DNA from: a virus
Taxonomy: Duplodnaviria > Heunggongvirae > Uroviricota > Caudoviricetes
Virus record (IMG/VR): IMGVR_UViG_2602041549_000012
DNA length: 34,341 nucleotides
Direction: 5' to 3' (one strand)
Shown: positions 1 through 8,760 of the stretch, piece after piece
Layout: each line of letters begins with the position of its first letter
Numbering within the stretch: position 1 is the first letter of the stretch
Notes under the pieces: generated by a model
Databases searched by the model: none
What the model was told of the DNA's origin: nothing
Seen by the model: only the letters and a program-made list of their open reading frames with translations
Made by a program: the position numbers and the translations under genes

Positions 1-318
1 ATGAAAAAGATAGCTGCTATATCATTAATTAGTATTTTTATTGTGTCTGGTTGTGCTGTGCATAATGATGAGACAAGTATCGGTAAATTTGGTCTTGCAT
101 ATAAAAGTAATATTCAGCGTAAACTCGATAACCAATACTACACCGAAGCCGAAGCTTCTTTAGCCAGGGGCAGAATATCTGGTGCAGAAAATATAGTAAA
201 AAATGATGCAGCCCATTTCTGTGTTACTCAGGGCAAAAAAATGCAGATAGTTGACCTGAAGACAGAAGGTGCAGGATTACATGGCGTCGCTCGTCTGACA
301 TTCAAATGTGGAGAGTGA
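1..318 (+). CDS. Putative small lipoprotein in the host flank (105 aa)
   Basis: Intact ORF with an N-terminal hydrophobic signal followed by Cys (IVSGC, lipobox-like). Lies outside the att core. May correspond to E. coli yegR by position and length, but this is not verified. Confidence 0.55.
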   Translation: MKKIAAISLISIFIVSGCAVHNDETSIGKFGLAYKSNIQRKLDNQYYTEAEASLARGRISGAENIVKNDAAHFCVTQGKKMQIVDLKTEGAGLHGVARLTFKCGE

Positions 319-475
319 GAATATTTTTTGGTAAGCGTCAAACATGCGCGTTCTGGTTGTGCTTAGCCGGAACCTGTGCGAGCACGATGCCGTTACGTGA
401 AAGGCATCGTGCTATGAAGGGAGATTCTATCGATGTGGTCAATGGAAGACGGTGACCAGGGATAGGGCTTATGCA

Positions 476-503
476 TAAAAAATAAGCCCGTGTAAGGGAG
501 ATT
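476..503. repeat. attL: attL core: 28-bp direct repeat identical to 32808-32835
   Basis: Exact 28-bp match (taaaaaataagcccgtgtaagggagatt) at both prophage ends. Matches the P2 att core as I recall it. Confidence 0.8.
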
Positions 504-582
504 TAGGGTGTCACCAGTAGGGGCTTTCAACGGTACAATGCGGGTTTGAGCGGCATAAATTACCACTGAAAGCCCTTAAACG

Positions 583-1596
583 TTACTCTACTGTGGACAC
601 TGTGTGGACACTCTCAGCCTCAGTACCACCTCTTAGCGGATTAAGAGAAATGGCGTCCTGAAGGTACTCTGGCGCAAAATGAGCGTAAACCATAGTTTGC
701 TCAATCCGTGTGTGACCTAGTATCCGTTGTAGCGTGATAATACTTCCTCCATTAATCATGAAATGAGTGGCAAAGCTGTGCCTTAGTGCATGTGTGGCTT
801 GCCCCATTGGCAAATCCGGTTTTATTGCTTTCATTGTTCGTCTGAAGCGAGGATAATCAGCATCAGGGAATAAAAAACCTCGTTTGTTATCCGCGATCAT
901 TTTGGCAACAGCCTCTGAGATCGGGACGGTGCGTGGTTTGTTTGTTTTCGTTTTAACAAACGTGACGCGGTTATGGATGATATTTTCTGCTTTCAAACGA
1001 GCTGCTTCTCCCCAACGTGCTCCAGTACTCAGGCAAAGAATCGCAATCTTTTTGTTGTCGCCATCAAGAGCAGCAAGCAGTAAGGCAATTTCTTCCTGCG
1101 TGAGATAACCTGTGTCTGGTTTTTCCTCCTTAAGCCTTTTTGTCCCTCTGATAGGGTGCTCACCAAAGAATAACTCCGCTTCAATCAGGGCTGTAAACAT
1201 GCCGCTAATACATGTTAAATCACGATTGATACTCGAAGGTTTAATACCCTGACTTCTTCGGGTGGCGCAGTACTGGCTGATAAGCGATTTCGTAATTTGA
1301 AATGCGCATGGGTCATTCGTTATTTTTGTGAAGATTTCAATTTTTCCAAGATTAGATCTCCCATGCTCTTCGTGTTTACCCTTTAAATCCCACCAGATCT
1401 GTGTCAGCTCCGACAGACGTCGCTTGTCTGTTGGTTTTGATAGCCATTCTTTATTGTGGTGGTTGTACAACGTGTATTTCTCGAAAGCGACAGCTTCGCT
1501 TTTCTTATCAAACTTCCTACGGATGCGTTTTCCATTACGTCCAGTAGGGCGGATGTCCACTTCATATCGACCATCATCGAGTTTTTTGATTGCCAT
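583..1596 (-). CDS. int: P2-type tyrosine integrase (337 aa)
   Basis: ATG start with GGAGGG RBS. C-terminal R...HxxR...Y catalytic motif region (ATHALRHSFATHF...). First gene inside attL, as in P2. Confidence 0.9.
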   Translation of the reverse strand: MAIKKLDDGRYEVDIRPTGRNGKRIRRKFDKKSEAVAFEKYTLYNHHNKEWLSKPTDKRRLSELTQIWWDLKGKHEEHGRSNLGKIEIFTKITNDPCAFQITKSLISQYCATRRSQGIKPSSINRDLTCISGMFTALIEAELFFGEHPIRGTKRLKEEKPDTGYLTQEEIALLLAALDGDNKKIAILCLSTGARWGEAARLKAENIIHNRVTFVKTKTNKPRTVPISEAVAKMIADNKRGFLFPDADYPRFRRTMKAIKPDLPMGQATHALRHSFATHFMINGGSIITLQRILGHTRIEQTMVYAHFAPEYLQDAISLNPLRGGTEAESVHTVSTVE

Positions 1597-1711
1597 CAGA
1601 AAACCCTCCGAGTGGTGTGTTTTTTTGCGACTACTAATCGCTTTTTTCGTGGTGGCTGAAATTTAGCCACCAATAGTAGGCACTTGTGATGAATATATTC
1701 ACGATGAATTG

Positions 1712-2011
1712 TTAACCAGTCTTTTGACCGGAGTGGGGCGACGTTGTTTCGTTTTGCCCAAAGTGTGCGAGAGCGGGCGCAATTTGCCCGGACTCAGGAG
1801 CGATCTGATTGGTCATGAACCATAAAGTGTATTTGGTGAATTGTGGGGTCTGCAGGATGTTCATCATGACATCTGTTGGAGGTGTTGAACGACCACTTTC
1901 ATAGTAACTCAGCGTGCCATACGGAACCCCTGTTAAATCAGCAAGTTGTTGTCTGCTCAAATACTCTGATTTTCGCATTAAGACTATCTTCTCGCTTATC
2001 GTGTTTGACAT
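1712..2011 (-). CDS. C: Immunity repressor C (99 aa, helix-turn-helix)
   Basis: 99 aa with an HTH (SRQQLADLTGVPYGTLSYYE). Divergent from cox. Length and sequence match my recollection of P2 C. Confidence 0.85.
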   Translation of the reverse strand: MSNTISEKIVLMRKSEYLSRQQLADLTGVPYGTLSYYESGRSTPPTDVMMNILQTPQFTKYTLWFMTNQIAPESGQIAPALAHFGQNETTSPHSGQKTG

Positions 2012-2125
2012 GGTGTTTAGATCTCAATAGTATTTAGTTTAGATGTAGATTGTTTAGTGCTTGGATGTGGGCACTAAAAGGCATTATAAGGCATTAAACG
2101 CAATTCATGAGGGCTAGAGGACGAC
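2012..2125. promoter_or_regulatory. C/cox developmental switch region (Pe/Pc promoters, putative C operators and Cox boxes)
   Basis: Repeated TTTAG(A/T) motifs at 2015-2059, and three 10-bp-phased aaggcatta / ttaaacgca repeats at 2073-2102, in the intergenic region between divergent C and cox. Confidence 0.5.
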
Positions 2126-2401
2126 ATGAGCAAGCAAGTAACACTCATGACTGATGCGATTCCTTATCAGGAGTTCGCAAAACTAATAGGAAAATCGACA
2201 GGAGCGGTTCGTCGGATGATCGATAAAGGAAAGTTGCCTGTAATTGATATGACCGATCCACAATCAGCTTCAGGTCGTGCTGGTGAATATTGGGTATACC
2301 TTCCGGCATGGAATAACGGACTAAAACTGGCTTATGAAAGCCGCCCTAAAGAAATTCGTGACGGCTGGTTAATGTGGTTAGGTCTCGGTGAACCACGTTA
2401 A
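2126..2401 (+). CDS. cox: Cox excisionase / repressor of Pc (91 aa)
   Basis: 91-aa ORF divergent from C, at the P2 cox position. Confidence 0.85.
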   Translation: MSKQVTLMTDAIPYQEFAKLIGKSTGAVRRMIDKGKLPVIDMTDPQSASGRAGEYWVYLPAWNNGLKLAYESRPKEIRDGWLMWLGLGEPR

Positions 2402-2411
2402 GGAGAACCGT

Positions 2412-2582
2412 ATGAATGAGCCGCGTTGTATTGCTCAGTTATTGCGTAACGAAAGCCCCAGGGCGATTGACTTCACCATCACCCACGGTAAGGGGCGTAA
2501 GGGAATCATTATCCGCACCAAAAAACAGAGTCCGTTAAAGAAGGCTCTGACCTTTCTGAAAAGCCGGAGGGTCTGGAAATGA
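2412..2582 (+). CDS. P2 orf78-like small protein (56 aa from the ATG)
   Basis: The track ORF begins at GTG 2388. The internal ATG at 2412 follows an AAGGAG RBS. Position matches P2 orf78. Confidence 0.5.
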   Translation: MNEPRCIAQLLRNESPRAIDFTITHGKGRKGIIIRTKKQSPLKKALTFLKSRRVWK

Positions 2583-3079
2583 CAGTGATGACGCTTAATC
2601 TCGTTGAAAAACAGCCAGCAGCTATGCGCCGGATAATTGGTAAGCATCTGGCCGTCCCTCGCTGGCAGGATACATGTGATTATTATAATCAGATGATGGA
2701 GCGCGAACGGTTAACGGTTTGCTTTCATGCGCAGTTAAAACAGCGTCACGCAACGATGCGTTTTGAAGAAATGAACGACGTCGAACGTGAACGGCTGGTT
2801 TGTGCAATTGATGAATTGCGTGGGGCATTCTCAAAACGCCGTCAGGTTGGCGCAAGTGAGTATGCATATATTAGTTTTTTAACAGTCAGTCAGCGTCGTA
2901 CTTTATTTATGCATGCCGGATTGACTGAAAAAGAATTCAACCAGCCATACTGGCGAATTAATGAAGAGTCATGTTACTGGCGTGATGCTTTATTCCGTGC
3001 ATTACGTGAATTATTCAGCCTGTTTGAGTATGCACCGACAATTCTGACGTCGGTAAAACCAGAGCAATATCTGCATTAA
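2579..3079 (+). CDS. B: Replication protein B (helicase loader, 166 aa)
   Basis: 166-aa ORF at the P2 B position. ATG overlaps the upstream stop. Confidence 0.8.
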   Translation: MTVMTLNLVEKQPAAMRRIIGKHLAVPRWQDTCDYYNQMMERERLTVCFHAQLKQRHATMRFEEMNDVERERLVCAIDELRGAFSKRRQVGASEYAYISFLTVSQRRTLFMHAGLTEKEFNQPYWRINEESCYWRDALFRALRELFSLFEYAPTILTSVKPEQYLH

Positions 3080-3142
3080 GTAATTAACCAGAGTTTTTAA
3101 CGCACTTAATCGTGCGGGGCTTCTTTTTGCCTGGAGAAAGTC

Positions 3143-3367
3143 ATGCATACAGTTTCTGAAAATCAGTGCGGTAAATACGCATTACTGCTGCAACAGGCCA
3201 GAACCGAAGCACAGGCCGACGCTGCGACGCGCTTTTCTTCTCATCTTGACGCCATGATTCGCCATATCACAAAGGCGGAGTTATCCCGCGTGGAGATAGT
3301 CGAGCTGCTCAGTCAGGAGTCGGAAAAATTTCACAATATCGGATTGTCTCGCGGGGAGGTGCTTTGA
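3143..3367 (+). CDS. P2 orf80-like hypothetical protein (74 aa)
   Basis: Position and size match the P2 early-operon orf80. Confidence 0.55.
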   Translation: MHTVSENQCGKYALLLQQARTEAQADAATRFSSHLDAMIRHITKAELSRVEIVELLSQESEKFHNIGLSRGEVL

Positions 3368-3669
3368 TGTCCTGTTCTCATTCAGTTGTATTACTGAATA
3401 ACGCCTTAAAAATCGCCGTTATGAAAAATGGCGATTTGTCTCTTATTCAACTTTGTCTTGATAAAGAAAAACGCGACATAACTGAATCTGTTATCGCGAT
3501 TTATCAGAATGAATTAAACCTCCTGTCTGATGTGGTCAATTTACTTGTTAAACGCGCTGTATTTCATAAGCAAATTTCATCCGTGGATGAACTGACAAAA
3601 TTAACGACAGAAATCGCCAGCTATTGCGCTGATGAATTTAAAAAACTTAACGACAAAAGGAGCTGGTAA
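3367..3669 (+). CDS. P2 orf81-like hypothetical protein
   Basis: The track start at 3364 is TTG. The ATG at 3367 is more likely. Coupled to orf80. Confidence 0.55.
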   Translation: MSCSHSVVLLNNALKIAVMKNGDLSLIQLCLDKEKRDITESVIAIYQNELNLLSDVVNLLVKRAVFHKQISSVDELTKLTTEIASYCADEFKKLNDKRSW

Positions 3670-3893
3670 TGCCGGACAACGTAGATTTTATTCAGGAACA
3701 ACAGGCTGAATTACTGGAGCGCCAGATTAACGCGGCAAGGGTAAAGCATTGCGGTGTTTCTGCGCTGGTTTGCGAAGAGTGTGACGCGCCAATACCTGCT
3801 GCCCGTCGTGCGGCTTATCCGTCAGCCACGCGTTGTGTTTCCTGCCAGTCAGTCTTTGAAGCAAAAAACAAACATTACCGGAGAACGGCATGA
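3669..3893 (+). CDS. P2 orf82-like C4 zinc-finger protein (DksA/TraR-type)
   Basis: CEECDAPIP...CVSCQ gives CxxC-N17-CxxC. 74 aa. Confidence 0.6.
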   Translation: MPDNVDFIQEQQAELLERQINAARVKHCGVSALVCEECDAPIPAARRAAYPSATRCVSCQSVFEAKNKHYRRTA

Positions 3894-4165
3894 GTATTCG
3901 TATTGAAATTGGCGAACGTTATGTCGTTACCAGTGACAGCTTTCAGTTTATTCTCCACGAGAAAAAGAGAGCTGAAAGCGGTAAAAACGCCGGTCAGGAA
4001 TGGCTGGCGGTGGTTGGTTATTACCCGAAATTAAGCCAGCTTGTTTCCGGTCTGATGCATCACGATATTCTGACCGGAAGCGCAAAGTCTTTTGCTGATT
4101 TAAACGCGCAGGTTGAGCAACTCAGCAAGCGTTGTTCAGAGGCTTTTGGCTCATATGGCCGTTAA
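3890..4165 (+). CDS. P2 orf83-like hypothetical protein (91 aa)
   Basis: Position and size. ATGA-type overlap with orf82. Confidence 0.55.
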   Translation: MSIRIEIGERYVVTSDSFQFILHEKKRAESGKNAGQEWLAVVGYYPKLSQLVSGLMHHDILTGSAKSFADLNAQVEQLSKRCSEAFGSYGR

Positions 4166-6431
4166 AGCCTCCGGGCGTTTTGTCCCTCCGTCAGCATTTG
4201 CCGCAGGCACCGGTGAGACGTTTACCGGTGCTTATGCATGGAACGCGCCACGCGAGGCCGTCGGGCGCGAAAGACCCCTTACACGTGACGAGATGCGTCA
4301 GGTGCAAGGTGTTTTATCCACGATTAACCGCCTGCCTTACTTTTTGCGCTCGCTGTTTACTTCACGCTATGACTACATCAGGCGCAATAAAAGCCCGGTG
4401 CACGGGTTTTATTTCCTCACATCCACTTTTCAGCGTCGTTTATGGCCGCGCATTGAGCGCGTGAATCAGCGCCATGAAATGAACACCGATGCGTCGTTGC
4501 TGTTTCTGGCAGAGCGCGACCAGTATGCGCGCCTGCCGGGAATGAATGACAAGGAGCTGAAAAAGTTTGCTGCCCGTATCTCATCGCAGCTTTTCATGAT
4601 GTATGAGGAACTCTGCGATGCCTGGGTGGATGCGCATGGCGAGAAAGAATCGCTGTTTACGGATGAGGCGCAGGCTCACCTCTATGGTCATGTTGCTGGC
4701 GCTGCACGTGCTTTCAATATTTCCCCTCTCTACTGGAAAAAATACCGTAAAGGACAGATGACCACGAGGCAGGCATATTCTGCCATTGCCCGTCTGTTTA
4801 ACGATGAGTGGTGGACTCATCAGCTTAAAGGCCAGCGTATGCGCTGGCATGAGGCGTTACTGATAGCTGTCGGGGAGGTCAATAAAGACCGTTCTCCTTA
4901 TGCCAGTAAACATGCCATTCGGGATGTGCGTGCGCGCCGCCAGGCAAATCTGGAATTTCTTAAATCGTGTGACCTTGAAAACAGGGAAACCGGCGAGCGC
5001 ATCGACCTTATCAGTAAGGTGATGGGCAGTATTTCTAATCCTGAAATTCGCCGGATGGAGCTGATGAACACCATTGCCGGTATTGAGCGTTACGCCGCCT
5101 CAGAGGGTGATGTGGGGATGTTTATCACGCTTACCGCGCCGTCAAAGTATCACCCGACACGTCAGGTTGGAAAAGGCGAAAATAAAACCGTCCAGCTTAA
5201 TCACGGCTGGAATGATGAGGCATTTAATCCAAAGGATGCGCAGCGTTATCTCTGCCGTATCTGGAGCCTGATGCGCACGGCATTCAAGGATAATGATTTA
5301 CAGGTCTACGGTTTGCGAGTCGTCGAGCCACACCACGACGGAACGCCGCACTGGCATATGATGCTTTTTTGTAATCCACGCCAGCGTAACCAGATTATCG
5401 AAATCATGCATCGCTATGCGCTCAAAGAGGATGGCGACGAAAGAGGAGCCGCGCGAAACCGTTTTCAGGCAAAACACCTTAACCGGGGCGGTGCTGCGGG
5501 ATATATCGCGAAATACATTTCAAAAAATATCGACGGCTATGCACTGGATGGTCAGCTCGATAACGATACCGGCAGACCGCTGAAAGATACTGCGGCGGCT
5601 GTTACCGCATGGGCGTCAACGTGGCGCATCCCGCAATTTAAAACGGTTGGCCTGCCGACAATGGGAGCTTACCGTGAGCTACGTAAATTGCCTCGCGGCG
5701 TCAGCATTGCTGATGAATTTGACGAACGCGTGGAGGCTGCACGCGCCGCCGCAGACAGTGGCGATTTTGCGCTGTATATCAGCGCGCAGGGCGGGGCAAA
5801 TGTCCCGCGCGATTGTCAGACTGTCAGGGTCGCCCGTAGCCCGTCGGATGACGTTAACGAATACGAGGAAGAAGTCGAGAGAGTGGTCGGCATTTACGCG
5901 CCGCATCTCGGCGCGCGTCATATTCATATCACCAGAACGACGGACTGGCGCATTGTGCCGAAAGTGCCGGTCGTTGAGCCTTTGACTTTAAAAAGCGGCA
6001 TCGCCGCGCCTCGGAGTCCTGTCAATAACTGTGGAAAGCTCACCGGTAGTGATGCTTCGTTACCGGCTCCCACACCTTCTGAGCACGCCGCCGCAGTGCT
6101 TAATCTGGTTGATGACGGTGTTATCGAATGGAATGACCAGGAGGTCGTGAGGGCGCTCAGGGGCGAATTAAAACACGACCTGAGAACACCAAACCGTCAG
6201 CAAAGAAGCGGAAGCCCGTTAAAACCGCATGAAATAGCGCCATCGGCCAGACTGACCCGGTCGGAACGAATGCAAATTACCCGTATCCGCGTTGACCTTG
6301 CTCAGAACGGTATCAGGCCGCAGCGATGGGAGCTTGAGGCGCTGGCGCGTGGGGCAACCGTAAATTATGATGGGAAAAAATTCACGTATCCGGTTGCTGA
6401 TGAGTGGCCGGGGTTCTCGTTACCCATTTGA
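4155..6431 (+). CDS. A: Replication initiator A (rolling-circle nickase)
   Basis: Large ORF at the P2 A position. Contains the HWHMMLF region, consistent with rolling-circle initiator HUH/tyrosine motifs. The track start at 4113 is TTG, so ATG 4155 (MAVKASGRF) is preferred. Confidence 0.85.
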   Translation: MAVKASGRFVPPSAFAAGTGETFTGAYAWNAPREAVGRERPLTRDEMRQVQGVLSTINRLPYFLRSLFTSRYDYIRRNKSPVHGFYFLTSTFQRRLWPRIERVNQRHEMNTDASLLFLAERDQYARLPGMNDKELKKFAARISSQLFMMYEELCDAWVDAHGEKESLFTDEAQAHLYGHVAGAARAFNISPLYWKKYRKGQMTTRQAYSAIARLFNDEWWTHQLKGQRMRWHEALLIAVGEVNKDRSPYASKHAIRDVRARRQANLEFLKSCDLENRETGERIDLISKVMGSISNPEIRRMELMNTIAGIERYAASEGDVGMFITLTAPSKYHPTRQVGKGENKTVQLNHGWNDEAFNPKDAQRYLCRIWSLMRTAFKDNDLQVYGLRVVEPHHDGTPHWHMMLFCNPRQRNQIIEIMHRYALKEDGDERGAARNRFQAKHLNRGGAAGYIAKYISKNIDGYALDGQLDNDTGRPLKDTAAAVTAWASTWRIPQFKTVGLPTMGAYRELRKLPRGVSIADEFDERVEAARAAADSGDFALYISAQGGANVPRDCQTVRVARSPSDDVNEYEEEVERVVGIYAPHLGARHIHITRTTDWRIVPKVPVVEPLTLKSGIAAPRSPVNNCGKLTGSDASLPAPTPSEHAAAVLNLVDDGVIEWNDQEVVRALRGELKHDLRTPNRQQRSGSPLKPHEIAPSARLTRSERMQITRIRVDLAQNGIRPQRWELEALARGATVNYDGKKFTYPVADEWPGFSLPI

Positions 6432-6691
6432 GTAAAAACACAACGTGATTTGATATGGCATTGAATGGCTTATGCGGAGCAGTTATGGGGCAGCAGAAGG
6501 TCAATAGCATGCTGAATTAGAAGGCTAAATGCTATTGAGTGACTAGCATGTCGGTAAGGACAGCCGTTTGATCCGGGTCATAAAAGGCCATCCATTTAGT
6601 CTAATAAAATCATTGCGGGTAACCTTATGTCGACGCATAATTCGTCTTGAGCGAAGTCTTGTCAGTCTTTCATCGTATTGATGATGGGCGC

Positions 6692-6721
6692 AAAAAAACC
6701 ACCCTGGCAGGTGGTTTTTTT
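6692..6721. terminator. Bidirectional rho-independent terminator (A7-hairpin-T7)
   Basis: aaaaaaa-CCACCctggcaGGTGG-ttttttt. The hairpin is flanked by an A-run and a T-run, so it can terminate transcripts on both strands. Confidence 0.55.
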
Positions 6722-6733
6722 GTTTGAAGCATA

Positions 6734-6847
6734 TTAAAGCATAATGCTGACATTGATATTACTGACGTTTACTGACAAACCACTCGGACTACCGTTTGGA
6801 TAGCCAAAGAGGGCCAGAACGAGAATGCAGTAATAGCATTTCTTCAT
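6734..6847 (-). CDS. Small hydrophobic peptide (37 aa), candidate type I toxin-like or membrane peptide
   Basis: ATG at 6847 is preceded by AGGAGG with 4-nt spacing. The peptide MKKCYYCILVLALFGY... has a hydrophobic N-terminus. The stop is followed immediately by the 6692-6721 terminator. Confidence 0.35.
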   Translation of the reverse strand: MKKCYYCILVLALFGYPNGSPSGLSVNVSNINVSIML

Positions 6848-7325
6848 ATTGCCTCCTGTAAGTAGAGGGCAACTTCCACCGGTATATGCGCTTCTTAGGT
6901 GGAATGACTTTTGAGCGAAGTCTTGCCCTGAAATAATGCTCTGTTTAAACGCAAAGTGATTTGGCATATCACCGAACAGAGAGCCGGAAAAACACAACAT
7001 ATAGTATGTCGTTGTTTCTAGACATACATTCTATGTTGTGTAACAAGGGCTTTGCATTAAACATGTTTGAGATTTTATTGATGTAGCTCAAAGTAAAAAA
7101 CAGAGACTACGGATGATAAGGTCTTGAAAGCAATGTAAATTTTTTAAAGTTGCCAATTGCTTAAAAATGTACAGTTGCGGTATGGCGTACTTAAAAAGCT
7201 ATGCATGCAACAAGTGAATGTTTTTGCATGCGTTGGGGATGTCCGTTCAGGCTGCGTGCGGTCAGGACTGGTGCGGATCCATAGTATCTATGCAACTGCA
7301 TTAAAACCGCCCCGTGAAGCGGGCG

Positions 7326-7344
7326 GGCGAGGCGGGGAAAGCAC
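7326..7344. other. cos: Putative cos site (19-nt cohesive end, GGCGAGGCGGGGAAAGCAC)
   Basis: Exact match to the P2 cohesive-end sequence as I recall it. Sits in a GC-rich island flanked by AT-rich DNA, between A and Q as expected for a prophage. Confidence 0.6.
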
Positions 7345-7380
7345 CGCGCGTAAGATAAACAGAAGAGCGAAGGATTATGG

Positions 7381-7409
7381 TTGAGTATTTGTGTTTTTGT
7401 ACATATGAT
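7381..7409 (+). promoter_or_regulatory. Putative sigma70 promoter for the cargo operon
   Basis: TTGAGT, 17-bp spacer, TATGAT. AAAGGAG RBS at 7440-7446, ahead of the ATG at 7451. Confidence 0.4.
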
Positions 7410-7450
7410 AAAAAGGTGTTTACGCTTAAAAACACATCAAAGGAGATGAT

Positions 7451-8752
7451 ATGGAAAATATAAAGATTGATAAGTTTCTCACTATTCAAAAAGTTGATAT
7501 TCCTCTTAAGAAAGTGAATATATTTATTGGGCCTCAGGCACAGGGGAAAAGTGTCATTGCAAAGCTAATAAAATATTTTAAAGATTACCCTATGGATATA
7601 CTACGAGCTTCAACAGAGGGTAAAACTAAAAGAGATATATTGAAGGAGCAAAAGAATAAGTTTAGTAAAATTTTCCCTCAGCAGTATTGGGCTGATGATG
7701 AGTTTTTTATTGAGTATAGTAATAAGCACTATTGGGTGCGGATTACTAATCGAAAAGATAGCAAAGGGTCATTGAAAATAACCCTTTCTGAGAATTTAAC
7801 GAAGACGATTGCTAAACTTCGTTTGATTGTACGAAAGGATTTAGATGAAAATATTGAGAATTCACTTGCAGAAAGCGTTACGAGAAGACGTAAACGCGGA
7901 ATTGAACATGAATTGCGAGTATGTCTTTCTCTAGGATTGTTTTCAGAACCAGAAACAAAGCTTGAAAGTGTTTTTTATATCCCCGCAGGGCGCTCTTTTT
8001 TTGCTAACTTGCAAAAAAATGTGTTTTCATTTTTATCCAGTAGTATAGAAATTGACTACTTTTTGACAGAGTTTGGTTCTCTGTATGAACAAACAAAAAA
8101 ATTATTTAGCCAAGATTACATGATTAGGATGCTTAGGGGGGCTGTGCCTCAACATGTTAATAAGCTTGTGGAGGAGTTGATTTGCGGAAAATATATAACA
8201 GAAAAGGGTGAGGATTTTATTCGTCATGCTGCTAAAAAGACGAATCTTAACAACTCGAGCTCAGGGCAGCAAGAAGCGTTACCAATGGCTTTAATGTTAT
8301 CCTCATGGCCGTATTTACAGTCTATGACTAGTAAGAGTTTTATTATTGAGGAGCCGGAGGCTCATCTGTTTCCTTCTGCCCAAGCAAAAGTTGTATCTTT
8401 AATAGCCTCAGCGTATAACCAAGCAGAAAGCTATTGTAGCTATACAATAACAACACATAGCCCATATATTCTAAGTGCCTTCAATAATTTGATTCAAGCA
8501 GGTAATGCATTGAAGTGTATTAAGGGCAAGAATAATGCCGATATCGAACGCTTATATAAGCTTGTTCCAGAGTCTCAAATTATTGATTTTGATGATGTGA
8601 CAGCTTATATGGTTAATGCTGGGAAAGTGACGGAAATACTGGATTCCGAACTAAATATATTAGATGCGAATGAAATAGATAGGATTTCCTCTATTTTTTC
8701 AGAGACTTTTGATGCATTGATTGATATCGAATATTCGGCTACTGTGAATTAG
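7451..8752 (+). CDS. Cargo gene 1: ABC-type (AAA_21/AAA_15-like) ATPase, 433 aa
   Basis: Walker A GPQAQGKS near the N-terminus, signature-like SSGQQ, Walker B FIIEEPEAHL, H-loop TTHSP. Strongly AT-rich compared with the phage backbone. Confidence 0.8.
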   Translation: MENIKIDKFLTIQKVDIPLKKVNIFIGPQAQGKSVIAKLIKYFKDYPMDILRASTEGKTKRDILKEQKNKFSKIFPQQYWADDEFFIEYSNKHYWVRITNRKDSKGSLKITLSENLTKTIAKLRLIVRKDLDENIENSLAESVTRRRKRGIEHELRVCLSLGLFSEPETKLESVFYIPAGRSFFANLQKNVFSFLSSSIEIDYFLTEFGSLYEQTKKLFSQDYMIRMLRGAVPQHVNKLVEELICGKYITEKGEDFIRHAAKKTNLNNSSSGQQEALPMALMLSSWPYLQSMTSKSFIIEEPEAHLFPSAQAKVVSLIASAYNQAESYCSYTITTHSPYILSAFNNLIQAGNALKCIKGKNNADIERLYKLVPESQIIDFDDVTAYMVNAGKVTEILDSELNILDANEIDRISSIFSETFDALIDIEYSATVN

Positions 8753-8760
8753 GTGATTGA

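Noticed and set aside
884-1666. Plus-strand ORFs (884-1108, 1328-1666, 1456-1659) inside the integrase locus
   Set aside because: Antisense to a full-length, motif-bearing integrase gene. No independent support.
4113-4154. Upstream extension of A starting at 4113
   Set aside because: Codon 4113 is TTG and overlaps orf83 by 53 nt. The ATG at 4155 (MAVKASGRF) gives a conventional short overlap, so it is preferred as the start.
7157-7489. ORFs 7157-7384 (plus) and 7301-7489 (minus) in the region between A and the cargo operon
   Set aside because: They overlap the putative cos site and the cargo promoter and RBS, and have no translation signals. Treated as non-coding packaging or regulatory DNA.
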